From assembly GCA_000402515.1 (NCBI GenBank), contig AQRL01000033.1, positions 1-48,865 of the forward strand: a DNA stretch of 48,865 nucleotides. Reading direction: 5' to 3'. Positions 17,486-27,388 of the stretch are shown piece after piece (within the stretch, counting starts at the first letter, position 1; the number at the start of each line of letters is the position of its first letter). The position numbers and the translations under genes are program-made. Under the pieces are notes generated by a model. The model had not been told where the DNA came from. It searched no databases and saw nothing but the letters and a program-made list of their open reading frames with translations. Source of the stretch: Nanoarchaeota archaeon SCGC AAA011-G17 (GTDB lineage Archaea > Nanobdellota > Nanobdellia > SCGC-AAA011-G17).

Positions 17486-17830
17486 ATGACAATCAAAAAA
17501 ACACTTTGTGCATTACTTATTGCAACAGGGGTCGGCTTAAGTGGATGTTGTTACAGTGATGATAGTATTAAATCTGATAATAGAAAGCCATTTCCAAAAG
17601 AGAAGATATTAACGATATCAGCAGAGAATTATTGCAAATATGTAGGTAAAAATCTTTCAGATTATAACTTGGTGGGTGTTCATTCACATGATTTTTTTGT
17701 TGACATGAATGAAGATAAATTCCTCCCTCCTCAAGATATAAGATGGAGAATACCCTCTGGAACTGAGGTGGTTGTTAATTATTACGCTGGTGATGGGACT
17801 GCTTTGATTCCAAAACAAAATGGAGAATAA
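17486..17830 (+). CDS. Putative lipoprotein
   Basis: GGAGG precedes the ATG at 17486. The signal peptide carries a lipobox-like LSGC. Confidence 0.5.
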   Translation: MTIKKTLCALLIATGVGLSGCCYSDDSIKSDNRKPFPKEKILTISAENYCKYVGKNLSDYNLVGVHSHDFFVDMNEDKFLPPQDIRWRIPSGTEVVVNYYAGDGTALIPKQNGE

Positions 17831-18332
17831 AATAGATAGTACGGGATCATGGATGGATGAAATGGAAAAAACCCATCTTATTTCAGGAGAGATAGATAAT
17901 AAAACAAATCTTTCTTATTTCAGAAATCTAGAGGAAATAATTGATGACTACGAAAAACTGAGTCCTAATAAAAAAAGAATAAGGAAATATGGCAATTTTT
18001 TAGTTGGTTATGTGTTATCTCCAGCTAGCTCTTGTTTTACGGCAGGAGGAGGTATAATTGGAGGTGGTACTGCTTTTTATGCAACCATGCCCCCCGATTT
18101 ACCAGTTTATACAAAGCTTATTCCTGCTTTTATAGGAGCAATAATGACGGGCATACCCACATCAGCAATGGCTTGGGGGATGTATTACTCTGGGGTACTT
18201 GGACGTGCAAAATATAAAATATTTAATAAACTTGATAAAAACATTAAAATTGGGGATAATGATATAAAGATGTATCTAAAAGCATGTCATGACCTCAATA
18301 GAAAATCCTTAGGATTCCCATTAGCTTCTTAA
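17820..18332 (+). CDS. Hypothetical membrane protein
   Basis: ORF with Gly-rich hydrophobic segments (GGGIIGGGTAFYA...). Confidence 0.4.
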   Translation: MENKIDSTGSWMDEMEKTHLISGEIDNKTNLSYFRNLEEIIDDYEKLSPNKKRIRKYGNFLVGYVLSPASSCFTAGGGIIGGGTAFYATMPPDLPVYTKLIPAFIGAIMTGIPTSAMAWGMYYSGVLGRAKYKIFNKLDKNIKIGDNDIKMYLKACHDLNRKSLGFPLAS

Positions 18333-18389
18333 CTAAAATTTTCCTTTTTTCGTATGATTTATAAATAATCTCTCTTTTGTGGAGTATAT

Positions 18390-19382
18390 ATGAAAGAAGC
18401 ACTATTTTATGACAAAATAAAGAACAAGAAAGTGCAGTGCAGACTCTGCCCACACAATTGTTTTATTAATGAGAATGGAAGAGGGTATTGCGGTGTCAGA
18501 GAAAATAAGAGGGGAAAACTATATTCTTTAGTTTATGGGAAACCAATTGCTATTCAACTTGATGCTGTGGAAAAGAAGCCGTTATATCACTTTATGCCTG
18601 GAGAAAAGGCATTGTCATTTGGTACAGTTGGATGTAATCTTGATTGTCAGTGGTGCCAGAACTTTAATATGTCTAGAGCCAAACCAGAGGAAAATGATCT
18701 TGCTGAAATTCCGCCTGATGAGATAATTAATATGTGCATTGATAAAGGATGCAAGATTATTGCGTATACTTATTCAGAGCCTGTTGTAGCAATAGAGTAT
18801 ATGCTGGATATTGCCAAGTTAGCCAAAAAAAATAAAATAAAAAGTGTCTTGGTGAGTAATGGGTATATTAGTGAAAAGCCACTAAAAGAATTGTGCAAAT
18901 ATATAGATGGAGCAAATATTGACTTAAAGAGCTTTAATGAAAAGATCTACAAGAGGTTCTGCAATGGCAATCTAAAAGATGTTCTGAAAAGCTTGAAGAT
19001 ATTAAAAAAGAATAAAGTCTGGCTAGAGATTACAAATCTTGTAATTCCAGAGGTAAATGACAACAAGGAAGAGGTTGAGAAGATGTGCAAATGGATAAGC
19101 ACTAATCTAGGAAAGGATGTTCCATTACACTTTTCTAAGTTTTTTCCGATGTATAAAATGAGTGATGTTGAAGAGACGCCTATTGCTACTTTAGAAGAAA
19201 TGAGAAAGATAGCTGAGGATTATCTTGAATTTGTATATTTGGGAAATGTGAATGAAGAGGCAAACACCAAATGCCCAAGCTGCGGTGAAATTGTTATAAA
19301 AAGGGCGGGATTTTTTGTTAGTAATGAATTAAAAGAAGGGAAGTGCAAATGCGGGGAAAAAATTCCTGGTGTATGGGAGTAA
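18390..19382 (+). CDS. AmmeMemoRadiSam-system radical SAM enzyme (PFL-activase-like)
   Basis: N-terminal CRLCPHNC...GYCGVR cluster, then CNLDCQWCQN (CxxxCxxC). EKKPLYHF is typical of this family. Confidence 0.75.
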   Translation: MKEALFYDKIKNKKVQCRLCPHNCFINENGRGYCGVRENKRGKLYSLVYGKPIAIQLDAVEKKPLYHFMPGEKALSFGTVGCNLDCQWCQNFNMSRAKPEENDLAEIPPDEIINMCIDKGCKIIAYTYSEPVVAIEYMLDIAKLAKKNKIKSVLVSNGYISEKPLKELCKYIDGANIDLKSFNEKIYKRFCNGNLKDVLKSLKILKKNKVWLEITNLVIPEVNDNKEEVEKMCKWISTNLGKDVPLHFSKFFPMYKMSDVEETPIATLEEMRKIAEDYLEFVYLGNVNEEANTKCPSCGEIVIKRAGFFVSNELKEGKCKCGEKIPGVWE

Positions 19383-21115
19383 TTCTTATCTTTTTTGTTG
19401 AATTTGTTAATGCTGATATTAGAATAAATGAAATAATGGCAAATCCTGATTATGATGAAGATTTAAATGAATGGATTGAAATTTATAATGATGGAAATAG
19501 TTCTATTGATATTAAGGATTACAAAATTGGAGACAAATTAATTAAGGGTGGAAATTCAAATGGTAGCGGAGCAATCATATCTGCAAATTATTTTGGAATA
19601 ATAACTGACAGTGAGAATAGGGTTTACGACAATTTTTATTTTGGAGAAAATATTGTTAAGTTATATTTAGAAGGAGATTTGGTATTAAGCAATGGCGGAA
19701 AGGAGATTATATTATATGATAATAATGGAAATGAGATTGATAGAGTCAGCTATCCTGCAATAGGTGCTGGAGAAGATTACAGCCTTATTAATGAGGGTTG
19801 GGTTAAGACATCCATAATAACTCCAGGAAGAAGCAATGAAGAAAACAAAAGCAGTAAAAATGATTATTCTGTTATTGAAATCAGCGAATTCCTGCCTGAC
19901 CCTGAAGGTGATGATGACAAAGCAATGCCTGATGGAGAGTGGGTTGAGTTATATAATAAAGGCAGCAAAGATTTGGACTTATTTGGGTTTAAATTAAGAG
20001 ATAACAGTGAAAAAGAAGTTTTGATTGATAATGTGCATTCTGATAATACTATAATAAAATCCAAAAAATATTTGGTTGTTTATATGAATGGAATTTACGG
20101 CTTCCTTAATAATAATGGCCTTGAAAAAATAAAATTGTATGATTTAAATGACAATCTTATTGATGAAGTCAGCTATAGCGAGAGCAAAGAAGGGGTCAGC
20201 TGGAGCAAGGTGGATGACAGATGGAGAATGAGTGTCCCAAGTATTGCAGGTGAGAATAGTGATGAAAAAATAAATAATTCTGTTCTGAAGATTGAACAAT
20301 TTTATGACCTTGGAAGCAATAAGGCAGCTGAATGGGGGGATGTTTTAAGAGTTAAGGTGAATATCTATAAGGCAAACAGCAACAAGAATGTTGTTTATCT
20401 TTATGCCAAAAGAGATAATGAAAAAATAAGCAAAGAGACAAAAATGAATGTTTATGAAAAATTCAGCAACCAGACTGTTACCTTGCCTTTACAAATATAC
20501 CCAAACTGCGACAATAAATTCAGTGATGGAAGATATGATGTTATTTTAGAGGGATTAGATGCTGAGGTTGACACGGCTGAGATTGAAGTAAGAGAGAGCG
20601 AGTTCTGCAAAAGCGAAAGTGTTGTCAGTGAAAAAAAGTTTGAGTATAAGCTGCTAAATTTTCCAACTGTTATAAAATTAAATAATGAGTTTGAGGGGGT
20701 TGTAAGCTTAAAAAACAATGAAGACAGTGACTTAAATGTTAACTTATCAAGCTATGTTTATAGAGGCAGTAAAAAATATAGTGATGAAAATTTACAAAAG
20801 ATTGTAATTCCAAGCGGGGGGGAGATTAATGTCAACCTTAAGAATATTGTAAGAGAGGCTGAAGCGGGGGATTATAACTTCAAAATAGAAATCCTGAAAG
20901 AGGGAAGAAAGACACCTTATGAAATCAAAAAAGAAGTAGTAATATCAAAAGACAGCACTAGCACCACTGAAAACAAAAAAGAAAAGATTATAAACAGGAT
21001 TACAGGCGGTGTTGTATATGAAAGCAGCGGGGTTAAGGCTAAAAGAACTGGAATATTCTTCTTTGCTTTCAGCATAACTTTACTGCTTGTGTACCAAATT
21101 TGGATAAGAAAATGA
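19373..21115 (+). CDS. Secreted protein with two lamin-tail domains (LTD) and a C-terminal TM anchor
   Basis: Signal peptide MGVILIFFVEFVNA. Two LTD motifs are present: INEIMANP...EWIEIYNDG and ISEFLPDPEGDD...EWVELYNKG. A C-terminal hydrophobic helix follows. Confidence 0.65.
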   Translation: MGVILIFFVEFVNADIRINEIMANPDYDEDLNEWIEIYNDGNSSIDIKDYKIGDKLIKGGNSNGSGAIISANYFGIITDSENRVYDNFYFGENIVKLYLEGDLVLSNGGKEIILYDNNGNEIDRVSYPAIGAGEDYSLINEGWVKTSIITPGRSNEENKSSKNDYSVIEISEFLPDPEGDDDKAMPDGEWVELYNKGSKDLDLFGFKLRDNSEKEVLIDNVHSDNTIIKSKKYLVVYMNGIYGFLNNNGLEKIKLYDLNDNLIDEVSYSESKEGVSWSKVDDRWRMSVPSIAGENSDEKINNSVLKIEQFYDLGSNKAAEWGDVLRVKVNIYKANSNKNVVYLYAKRDNEKISKETKMNVYEKFSNQTVTLPLQIYPNCDNKFSDGRYDVILEGLDAEVDTAEIEVRESEFCKSESVVSEKKFEYKLLNFPTVIKLNNEFEGVVSLKNNEDSDLNVNLSSYVYRGSKKYSDENLQKIVIPSGGEINVNLKNIVREAEAGDYNFKIEILKEGRKTPYEIKKEVVISKDSTSTTENKKEKIINRITGGVVYESSGVKAKRTGIFFFAFSITLLLVYQIWIRK

Positions 21116-21531
21116 AAATCGTTGCGAGGGTTATAATTGAAATTTTGGGTGCTCCAAAAGAGCATGTAGAGAACACTATGAAAATGGTTGTTGAGGAATT
21201 AGAAAAAAGAAAAGAGGTAAAAATATTAAAAAAAGAATTTGCTGAAGCAGAGACTGTAAAGGATGAAAAACTAAAGAATTTCTGGAGCAGCTTTGTAGAG
21301 GTGGATTTAGAAAGTGAGGATATAGAAAGCCTGATAGGAATATGCTTTGATTTTCTGCCCAGTTCTATAGAAATTATTGAGCCAAGCGATTTTAGATTAA
21401 ACAGCAGACAGGTGGATGATGTTTTGAATGACCTGCTTGAGAAATTACATAAATTCAGTATGGCTGTAAGAAATATGCATGCTGAAAATGTTCTTCTAAA
21501 AAAGAAATTAGATGGAGAGATAAAGGAGTAA
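21100..21531 (+). CDS. Hypothetical protein
   Basis: ORF only. Confidence 0.35.
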   Translation: MDKKMKIVARVIIEILGAPKEHVENTMKMVVEELEKRKEVKILKKEFAEAETVKDEKLKNFWSSFVEVDLESEDIESLIGICFDFLPSSIEIIEPSDFRLNSRQVDDVLNDLLEKLHKFSMAVRNMHAENVLLKKKLDGEIKE

Positions 21532-21677
21532 AAATGGATAATCAAGAAAAAGAAAATAAACAAGGATATAGAATTACTGACAATTACTCGTTTGGATCAT
21601 TAAGGACTATTTTTGGCAATAGATGCATTGATTATTACACCCAAACCCAATGTGACTGCAATTCAAAAAAAGAATAA

Positions 21678-23348
21678 TTATTTTTTCCTTCCTTTCAGGA
21701 ATTTTTCCATTTCAGTTATTGAACTGTCTAATTCGTGCTGGATTCTTCCTTTTACCTGATGAGTTATAGCTGGCCTTCTTTGCGGTATTTGTGATGCTGG
21801 TGCAAATGGATGACGGAATTCCTGAGCAGAAGATGGCTTAGAAGGCTTTTTCTTGAATTTTAATAAGCCTTTTTTGTAAGCTAAATAACCTCCTCCGGCA
21901 ACTACGATTAATAACAATAAAACCATTAATACCCAAAATAAAGTACTTGAGCCTGATTCCTTTGTCTGAGATGCTGTTGTACTGCTTGTTGTTTCAGGGG
22001 TACAATTATCCTCTGCATTATCTATGCAATCACCAAAGGCATCACATTTTCCAGGACAGGCACCGGCTGTACAAACCGAACCCTCTTTGCATTCCTCTTT
22101 CTGCTTTTCTACTGTATCACCTGCAGGGCAATTATCCCCTTTTGTATCCTGACATAATCCCCAGTAATCACATGTTCCGGGGCAAGCATCTGAGGTTGTA
22201 CAAGAAGAATCCTCTGGACAATCTACAGTCCCTCCCTTTTCCTCATTTTGCTTTTTTCTTTCTTCTGTTTGATTAGAACTTGATGTTTCTGTTGTGTTAG
22301 CTGAAATTTCAGAAAGAGCCAATTGATTTAGAAGAGCTGCTGCTGTTGACCTTACATTACAAAGTGATTCTGGTTTTGGCCAACAATCTTCAGTTGATGC
22401 TTTTTGTGAAACTATCCAGTTTAATGCTTTTGTTCTTTTATCTGAATCGGGAATTATAAGAGAGATAAATGCTGTGTCAAAGAGGTTTGCTGAACCCCAG
22501 TATCCAAAGCTATTCTGCTCATCCAATACTTTTGCTAAATATTTATTATTATTTGTAACAGAATAAAGCAAGGTATTTTGCAAGGGTGTTAAATCTCCTT
22601 GATTTTCCAGCCATTTTGGATCTGTTTGTTTTAAAGCAAATAGTGCAAATGCTGTTGATTCTTTATCACATGCTGCTGCTTGTGTTGTTGTTCCCCAGCA
22701 TGGATAACCTAGTTCTAAAATTATTTCCTTCTGATTAGTTATTTCCTTGTTGATATAATACCTATTTGAACTTGCTTCCCTTATTAAGGATAAAGAAATT
22801 GGGGCAGAGGATAAAGAGGTACAGTCTATCTTAATGCTGTTTGTTGTTTGAGAGATTAGGGATTCAATGCTTATCCATGGAGTAAATCCTGCACTTATTA
22901 TAACTGATTGAGATTGAGAAGGATTATTTGGATCTGATATTGTACAGGAACCGGCGATTGTTGAGATTATCTGGGCTTTCCAACCTGCTGTTTCTCCGCT
23001 GTACTGGAAGGTTGAGGCATTTAACAACCAATTTTTTAATTTTACAGTTGTTGCTGATGAAGCAGATAAGTCATTTAAAGCAAGCAGTGCAAATGATGCG
23101 TCTTTTATATTACATGAATCTGAGGTTGTACAAGAATTCATCTTTGTTTCTAGCCAAGATATTGTTTCCTGTTTATTTGTATAGCTCACATCCTTTAGAG
23201 ATAAAAGCGCCAAAGAAGTATCCTGAATATTGTTATTCCAATTATTATGGGATAGTTTAGAAATAAGCCAATCCTGATTTGCTGAATATGCTAAGGGAAC
23301 TAATATGAATATAATTAGTATTAGTAGACATTGTTTATTCATAAACAC
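21678..23348 (-). CDS. Secreted alpha/alpha-toroid (prenyltransferase/terpene-cyclase-like repeat) protein with a duplicated Cys-rich module and C-terminal TM anchor
   Basis: Signal peptide present. Repeated motifs SLALLSL, ASFALLAL, TAFALFAL and TAAALLNQL. Two copies of C...CPG.CD..G.C.D...DNC. TM helix LFWVLMVLLLLIVVAGGGYLAY. Confidence 0.5.
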   Translation of the reverse strand: MFMNKQCLLILIIFILVPLAYSANQDWLISKLSHNNWNNNIQDTSLALLSLKDVSYTNKQETISWLETKMNSCTTSDSCNIKDASFALLALNDLSASSATTVKLKNWLLNASTFQYSGETAGWKAQIISTIAGSCTISDPNNPSQSQSVIISAGFTPWISIESLISQTTNSIKIDCTSLSSAPISLSLIREASSNRYYINKEITNQKEIILELGYPCWGTTTQAAACDKESTAFALFALKQTDPKWLENQGDLTPLQNTLLYSVTNNNKYLAKVLDEQNSFGYWGSANLFDTAFISLIIPDSDKRTKALNWIVSQKASTEDCWPKPESLCNVRSTAAALLNQLALSEISANTTETSSSNQTEERKKQNEEKGGTVDCPEDSSCTTSDACPGTCDYWGLCQDTKGDNCPAGDTVEKQKEECKEGSVCTAGACPGKCDAFGDCIDNAEDNCTPETTSSTTASQTKESGSSTLFWVLMVLLLLIVVAGGGYLAYKKGLLKFKKKPSKPSSAQEFRHPFAPASQIPQRRPAITHQVKGRIQHELDSSITEMEKFLKGRKK

Positions 23349-23365
23349 ACCTTTTAGTTGAATAT

Positions 23366-23980
23366 ATGGAAGATTATTTAAATACCTTTCGTATAAAATA
23401 TATTATGAAGTTTAAGGACATTAGAAACGTTGAATTCTTTGCAAAGGGAAAAAGAGGGAGGGTTTTTACTGGAAATTATAATGGGAAGAAGGTAGCTATA
23501 AAAGTCAATAAAAAAATAAATAATGAAAAAAGCTGGTTAAAGATATTAAACAAACATAAAATCGGCCCAAAATTTATTTCTTCTGACAAGGATTATATTG
23601 TTTATGAATTTATTGATGGGAAGAGAATTCTTGATTACATCAATGATAATGATAAAAAGGAAGTTATTAGGGTTTTAAAAGAAGTATTCATGCAGTGCAG
23701 GGTTCTTGACAGATTAAAGATTGATAAGAAGGAGATGCACAATCCCTGGAAGCATATTCTCATTGGAAATGAAGTGAAAATGATTGATTTTGAAAGATGC
23801 CATAAGGTAGACAAGGGGAAGAATGTCACACAGTTTGGGCAGTTTTTATTAAGAAAAAAAGATTTGCTCAAAAGGAAAGGGATTAGTATAAATAGGAAGG
23901 AATTTATCAGGATTTTAAAGGGGTATAAGAACAAACAAACAGGGGCTAATTTTAAAAAAATATTAACTATTATAAAGTAG
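23366..23980 (+). CDS. Small atypical protein kinase (Bud32/RIO-like fold)
   Basis: Gly-loop GKRGRVF, VAIKV lysine, hinge YIVYEFIDG and a metal-binding-like MIDFE. The probable start is the ATG at 23405. Confidence 0.5.
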   Translation: MEDYLNTFRIKYIMKFKDIRNVEFFAKGKRGRVFTGNYNGKKVAIKVNKKINNEKSWLKILNKHKIGPKFISSDKDYIVYEFIDGKRILDYINDNDKKEVIRVLKEVFMQCRVLDRLKIDKKEMHNPWKHILIGNEVKMIDFERCHKVDKGKNVTQFGQFLLRKKDLLKRKGISINRKEFIRILKGYKNKQTGANFKKILTIIK

Positions 23981-24025
23981 CAATCAATAGAAATGTTTAT
24001 AAATTCTATTTTCTACTAACATCAT

Positions 24026-24685
24026 ATGAAACTGGGCTTAATATATAATCAAACAAGTATCACAGGGAGTGATGTTGATTTTTTTGTAGATAGGATTTTA
24101 AAACTAAAAAAATGGAATGCTGAGGTTATTGTATGTCCAGAATTTGCTTTAAATGCTGGATATCCCTATGGTGAAGAGGAGGCTAGAGCAGTTTTGAGCA
24201 GAATAGAAAAGGGAGGTAATATGAGAAACAGATTAATCCTTCCTGGAACTTATTTGTTGAAGAAAGGAAATTATATGTTTAATGTTCTACCTGTGTTTAT
24301 TAATAATAAATTAATTTTTTATCATAAAAAAACAAAAAATGACGAGGGGATTATTGCCAAAAAAAATAAATTAGAGTATATTAGTGGTGGCGGGGATGAT
24401 GGAAAATTTATGTTTAACAAGAGGGTGGTAGGGGTTGAGATTTGCAGGGATAATGCAATGGGAAAATTGAAAGATAACGGGCAGGTTAATCTACAGATAT
24501 TAGTTGATTGTGGAAGTCAGTACCCAAAGGCAAACGCTCTTGTCTCTGGGGGATATTTCCTTATTTGTTCTGGGTTTAATGATAATCAATTTGGAAATAA
24601 AGCTTATGCAGAAGTTTTAGATTCAAGAGGGAAGTCATTAGCATATGCTAGAGGGAGGGGTATTTTAAAATACGAGATAAAATGA
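24026..24685 (+). CDS. Carbon-nitrogen hydrolase (nitrilase superfamily)-like protein
   Basis: A candidate Glu-Lys-Cys triad sits in the expected contexts: VCPEFAL, YHKKT and GVEICRD. Confidence 0.5.
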   Translation: MKLGLIYNQTSITGSDVDFFVDRILKLKKWNAEVIVCPEFALNAGYPYGEEEARAVLSRIEKGGNMRNRLILPGTYLLKKGNYMFNVLPVFINNKLIFYHKKTKNDEGIIAKKNKLEYISGGGDDGKFMFNKRVVGVEICRDNAMGKLKDNGQVNLQILVDCGSQYPKANALVSGGYFLICSGFNDNQFGNKAYAEVLDSRGKSLAYARGRGILKYEIK

Positions 24686-24993
24686 CAGAAGAATTAAAAG
24701 GGAAAATAGTTTACCTTGGAAAAGGGATAGGAAGAGACTATTATTTAAATTTCAGAGGTGAAAAGAATAAAGTAGATTCTTCTGCCCAAAATTTTGATAG
24801 TATAGAACATGTAGTAGAAGCATTGGCAAATCCTGAAAGAAATGGGATTGATAGTAAATATCTAGGAAAGAGGAGAAAATTCAGTATGATTATTGATGAT
24901 GAGATATCTGATGAAGATTTATCTTATTTAGTGAAAGAAAAAGAAAAACGAAGAATTAAGTTAATGCATTTTGAAAGAGCCAGAGATTTATAA
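24682..24993 (+). CDS. Hypothetical protein
   Basis: ORF with a 4-nt overlap to the upstream gene. Confidence 0.35.
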   Translation: MTEELKGKIVYLGKGIGRDYYLNFRGEKNKVDSSAQNFDSIEHVVEALANPERNGIDSKYLGKRRKFSMIIDDEISDEDLSYLVKEKEKRRIKLMHFERARDL

Positions 24994-25782
24994 ATTATAG
25001 CATTCTTCTCTCAAAGAACAGGCATTGCACTTATTTTTATTTTCCAGTATTCCAGGAGGGTTATCTGCATTCAGAATTTCTTTTATTTCCGTTATTGTAT
25101 TTCTAACTTCAATTTCTGAGAAAGGGTTTAGGATTATTTTCCTGTTTTCATTTGTTTTTATGAAATGAATAAATCCGTGGGTTACTGTCTTGCCCATATT
25201 TTCTTTTGCAAGAAGCATGTAAGAGATTAATTGGATTTTCTGCCCTGGCCAGACTCCATCTCTTGGAGGAGTTCCTGTTTTTAATTCATATGGGATTAGT
25301 GAGCCTTCTGTTAATTCCAATCTGTCTATTATTCCCTTTAATTCTAATCTTTCTGAGTATAGTTTTATTTCTGTAAGGTATTTTGGGGTTAATTTTTCCC
25401 AGAGCTCTTTTCCATAAATATTATTTTTTTGTATAAATGAGAGCACATTGCCTGCCCTTAGCTCTGCCTCTTCCTGAAATCTCGGCCATATATCATGAAA
25501 TACATCTAGTGATTTAAGAGAAAACTCCTTTAGATTGGATTCCTTTAAAATTGATTTTAGTAATGTAAAATAGGTTTTGCTGTATAATTCTTTTATATTT
25601 GTAGATTCTGTTATTGAAGAGACTATTGATTCATCCAATTTGTTTATCTTATCAAACATTGCATGATTTATTGAGCCAAGAAGAAGGATTTCTGATGGGG
25701 GCTCTGGAAACTCCAAGACTTGCTGAAGATATAATTTTCTTGGGCAATACAAATAAGTGGATAGATCTGTTACAGAGAACAT
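24988..25782 (-). CDS. Cas4-family PD-(D/E)xK nuclease (DUF83-like), not CRISPR-associated here
   Basis: N-terminal YLYCPRK Cys, a C-terminal CNACSLREEC cluster, and an EL-K nuclease core (IPYELKTG). Confidence 0.65.
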   Translation of the reverse strand: MFSVTDLSTYLYCPRKLYLQQVLEFPEPPSEILLLGSINHAMFDKINKLDESIVSSITESTNIKELYSKTYFTLLKSILKESNLKEFSLKSLDVFHDIWPRFQEEAELRAGNVLSFIQKNNIYGKELWEKLTPKYLTEIKLYSERLELKGIIDRLELTEGSLIPYELKTGTPPRDGVWPGQKIQLISYMLLAKENMGKTVTHGFIHFIKTNENRKIILNPFSEIEVRNTITEIKEILNADNPPGILENKNKCNACSLREECYNL

Positions 25783-25814
25783 AAGGGCTTATAGTTAATA
25801 ATTGTTTATAAAGC

Positions 25815-25843
25815 CTGCGCTGGCATGTCAAGTGTGTCATGTG
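25815..25843 (-). promoter_or_regulatory. Second copy of the 29-nt upstream element, abutting the TATA box of the Cas4-like gene
   Basis: The minus strand reads CACATGACACACTTGACATGCCAGCGCAG, then GCTTTATAAA. The ATG at 25782 is ~26 nt from the TATA centre, the same spacing as at 2629-2690. Confidence 0.5.
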
Positions 25844-25845
25844 AA

Positions 25846-27306
25846 TTATTTCTTTCCTTTTATTTTAGATAATGCGTATCTTACTGGATTTTTGAACCTT
25901 AATTCTTCTTGAGAAACCTGAACACCCATATCTGCATAATAGGCCTTATTATCATAGTTTGGCGGCGGAAGGACTTCTTTCTGCCTTTTCTGATACGATA
26001 ATTGTGATTTGATATAACCCCATTTTAATTGGGGCTCATTCTTTTCATTCCATTCTTTTAGAATTTTTTCTATGCTATCTAAATCCCAGCCAGCACACCT
26101 CAAAAAGTTTATTAAAATAAAGACTGCTCTTTTCTTTCCATCTTTTAATCCTTTAAGAATATAATTTATTGATGGCGGGAAATCTTTTTCAGGCAGTGCT
26201 GTTGATGGTATCTTGAAGTCTTTTTTTGGCTCTTCTTCTATTGTTATTGATGGCGAATGATCATATGCCTGAATTAATAATCCTTTTGCTTCTCCTGGTT
26301 GTGGTTTTTTGAAAAAGGATGTTACTTCAGATATGTTCTCAATCTTTGCCTGTTTTTTTTCAAATTCCAGTATTTTATCCGGGTCTATTGGAACAGATAT
26401 TAACCCTGATTTTTCATGATGAGAGTATGGAGCACGGTATAAATGCCGTGAAGATATCAATAAGGTGTCTATATCCATTAAGGCATTCATATCAAACTTT
26501 TCTATATATTCTGCTGAATTGCAGTATTTGCATTTGAAATCCTTTGTCTTGGGTTTTGTCATTAATTTCTTGCATTTTGGGCATGTTTTGTATTTTGTTA
26601 TAAAATTTTCCTTTAGTGTGAAATTGCAGTTTGGACAGATAAATTCAGTTTCTGTAATTATTTTTTCCCCTTGTTTTTGACATCTTTTACACATCACTTT
26701 AATTGCTGATTTTCCTTTTTCGGTAAAATATCTTATCAGCTCCCTTTCGGTTATATTCTGCAGAATGTAATTTGATAACTCGTAATCTGTTTTTTCTGAG
26801 TCTATATAATCCATTAGATATTGGGTTATTCTTTTTGGTGCTTCTGGAAATAAATCTGTTATTTTCTGATTGTTTATTGTTTTTGGAAAGGCTTCAAATG
26901 GGACTGAGATATGCAGACCTTTATTCCCTGAAAATTTACAGCCTATTGCTTTAACTCCATGCGCTTTTAGTGCTTTGATTATTAAAAATGCGATATATTT
27001 TGCATAATCCCAGAATTTGCAGTCAATATCTATTATCAAGTCCCAGCCGATTCTTAGTTCATCCAATTGCTTCTGAGACATTCCTGATTTTAACTTTAGG
27101 GGGTTTGACCAATGCTCTTCTGACAGATGAAAAGATGTTGCTCCTGATTTTATAAACTCAATAATATCATTTGGGAATTCCAAGGTATCCGGTCTCTTGC
27201 CAAAATTGTCTCCTGAGCGTATAGAGAACTCTTTATTTTTTGCACAATTAAATATCTCTTCCTGGATATCCTTTCTTGAGTAAAATTTCAAAAGCTCATT
27301 CTTCAT
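25846..27306 (-). CDS. priS: DNA primase, AEP catalytic PriS domain fused to a C-terminal helical PriL/PriX-like domain
   Basis: DLIIDIDC and SGNKGLHISVP catalytic motifs, an internal multi-CxxC zinc module, and a ~120-aa helical C-terminal domain. Confidence 0.7.
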   Translation of the reverse strand: MKNELLKFYSRKDIQEEIFNCAKNKEFSIRSGDNFGKRPDTLEFPNDIIEFIKSGATSFHLSEEHWSNPLKLKSGMSQKQLDELRIGWDLIIDIDCKFWDYAKYIAFLIIKALKAHGVKAIGCKFSGNKGLHISVPFEAFPKTINNQKITDLFPEAPKRITQYLMDYIDSEKTDYELSNYILQNITERELIRYFTEKGKSAIKVMCKRCQKQGEKIITETEFICPNCNFTLKENFITKYKTCPKCKKLMTKPKTKDFKCKYCNSAEYIEKFDMNALMDIDTLLISSRHLYRAPYSHHEKSGLISVPIDPDKILEFEKKQAKIENISEVTSFFKKPQPGEAKGLLIQAYDHSPSITIEEEPKKDFKIPSTALPEKDFPPSINYILKGLKDGKKRAVFILINFLRCAGWDLDSIEKILKEWNEKNEPQLKWGYIKSQLSYQKRQKEVLPPPNYDNKAYYADMGVQVSQEELRFKNPVRYALSKIKGKK

Positions 27307-27388
27307 AAAATATAACCCCTATGATAAAAAAAGATGATAGTTTATAAAGATTTATTTTATTGAGATTCTAATAATTTATATTGATGTA

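Noticed and set aside
19343-19372. Upstream start of the LTD protein overlapping the radical SAM gene by 40 nt
   Set aside because: The ATG at 19373 gives a clean signal peptide (MGVILIFFVEFVNA), whereas the upstream 10 codons lie within the preceding CDS.
24988-25782. Cas4-like nuclease considered as a marker of a CRISPR-Cas locus
   Set aside because: I saw no direct-repeat array and no cas1, cas2 or effector genes anywhere in the window. Solo Cas4/DUF83 nucleases are common outside CRISPR loci.
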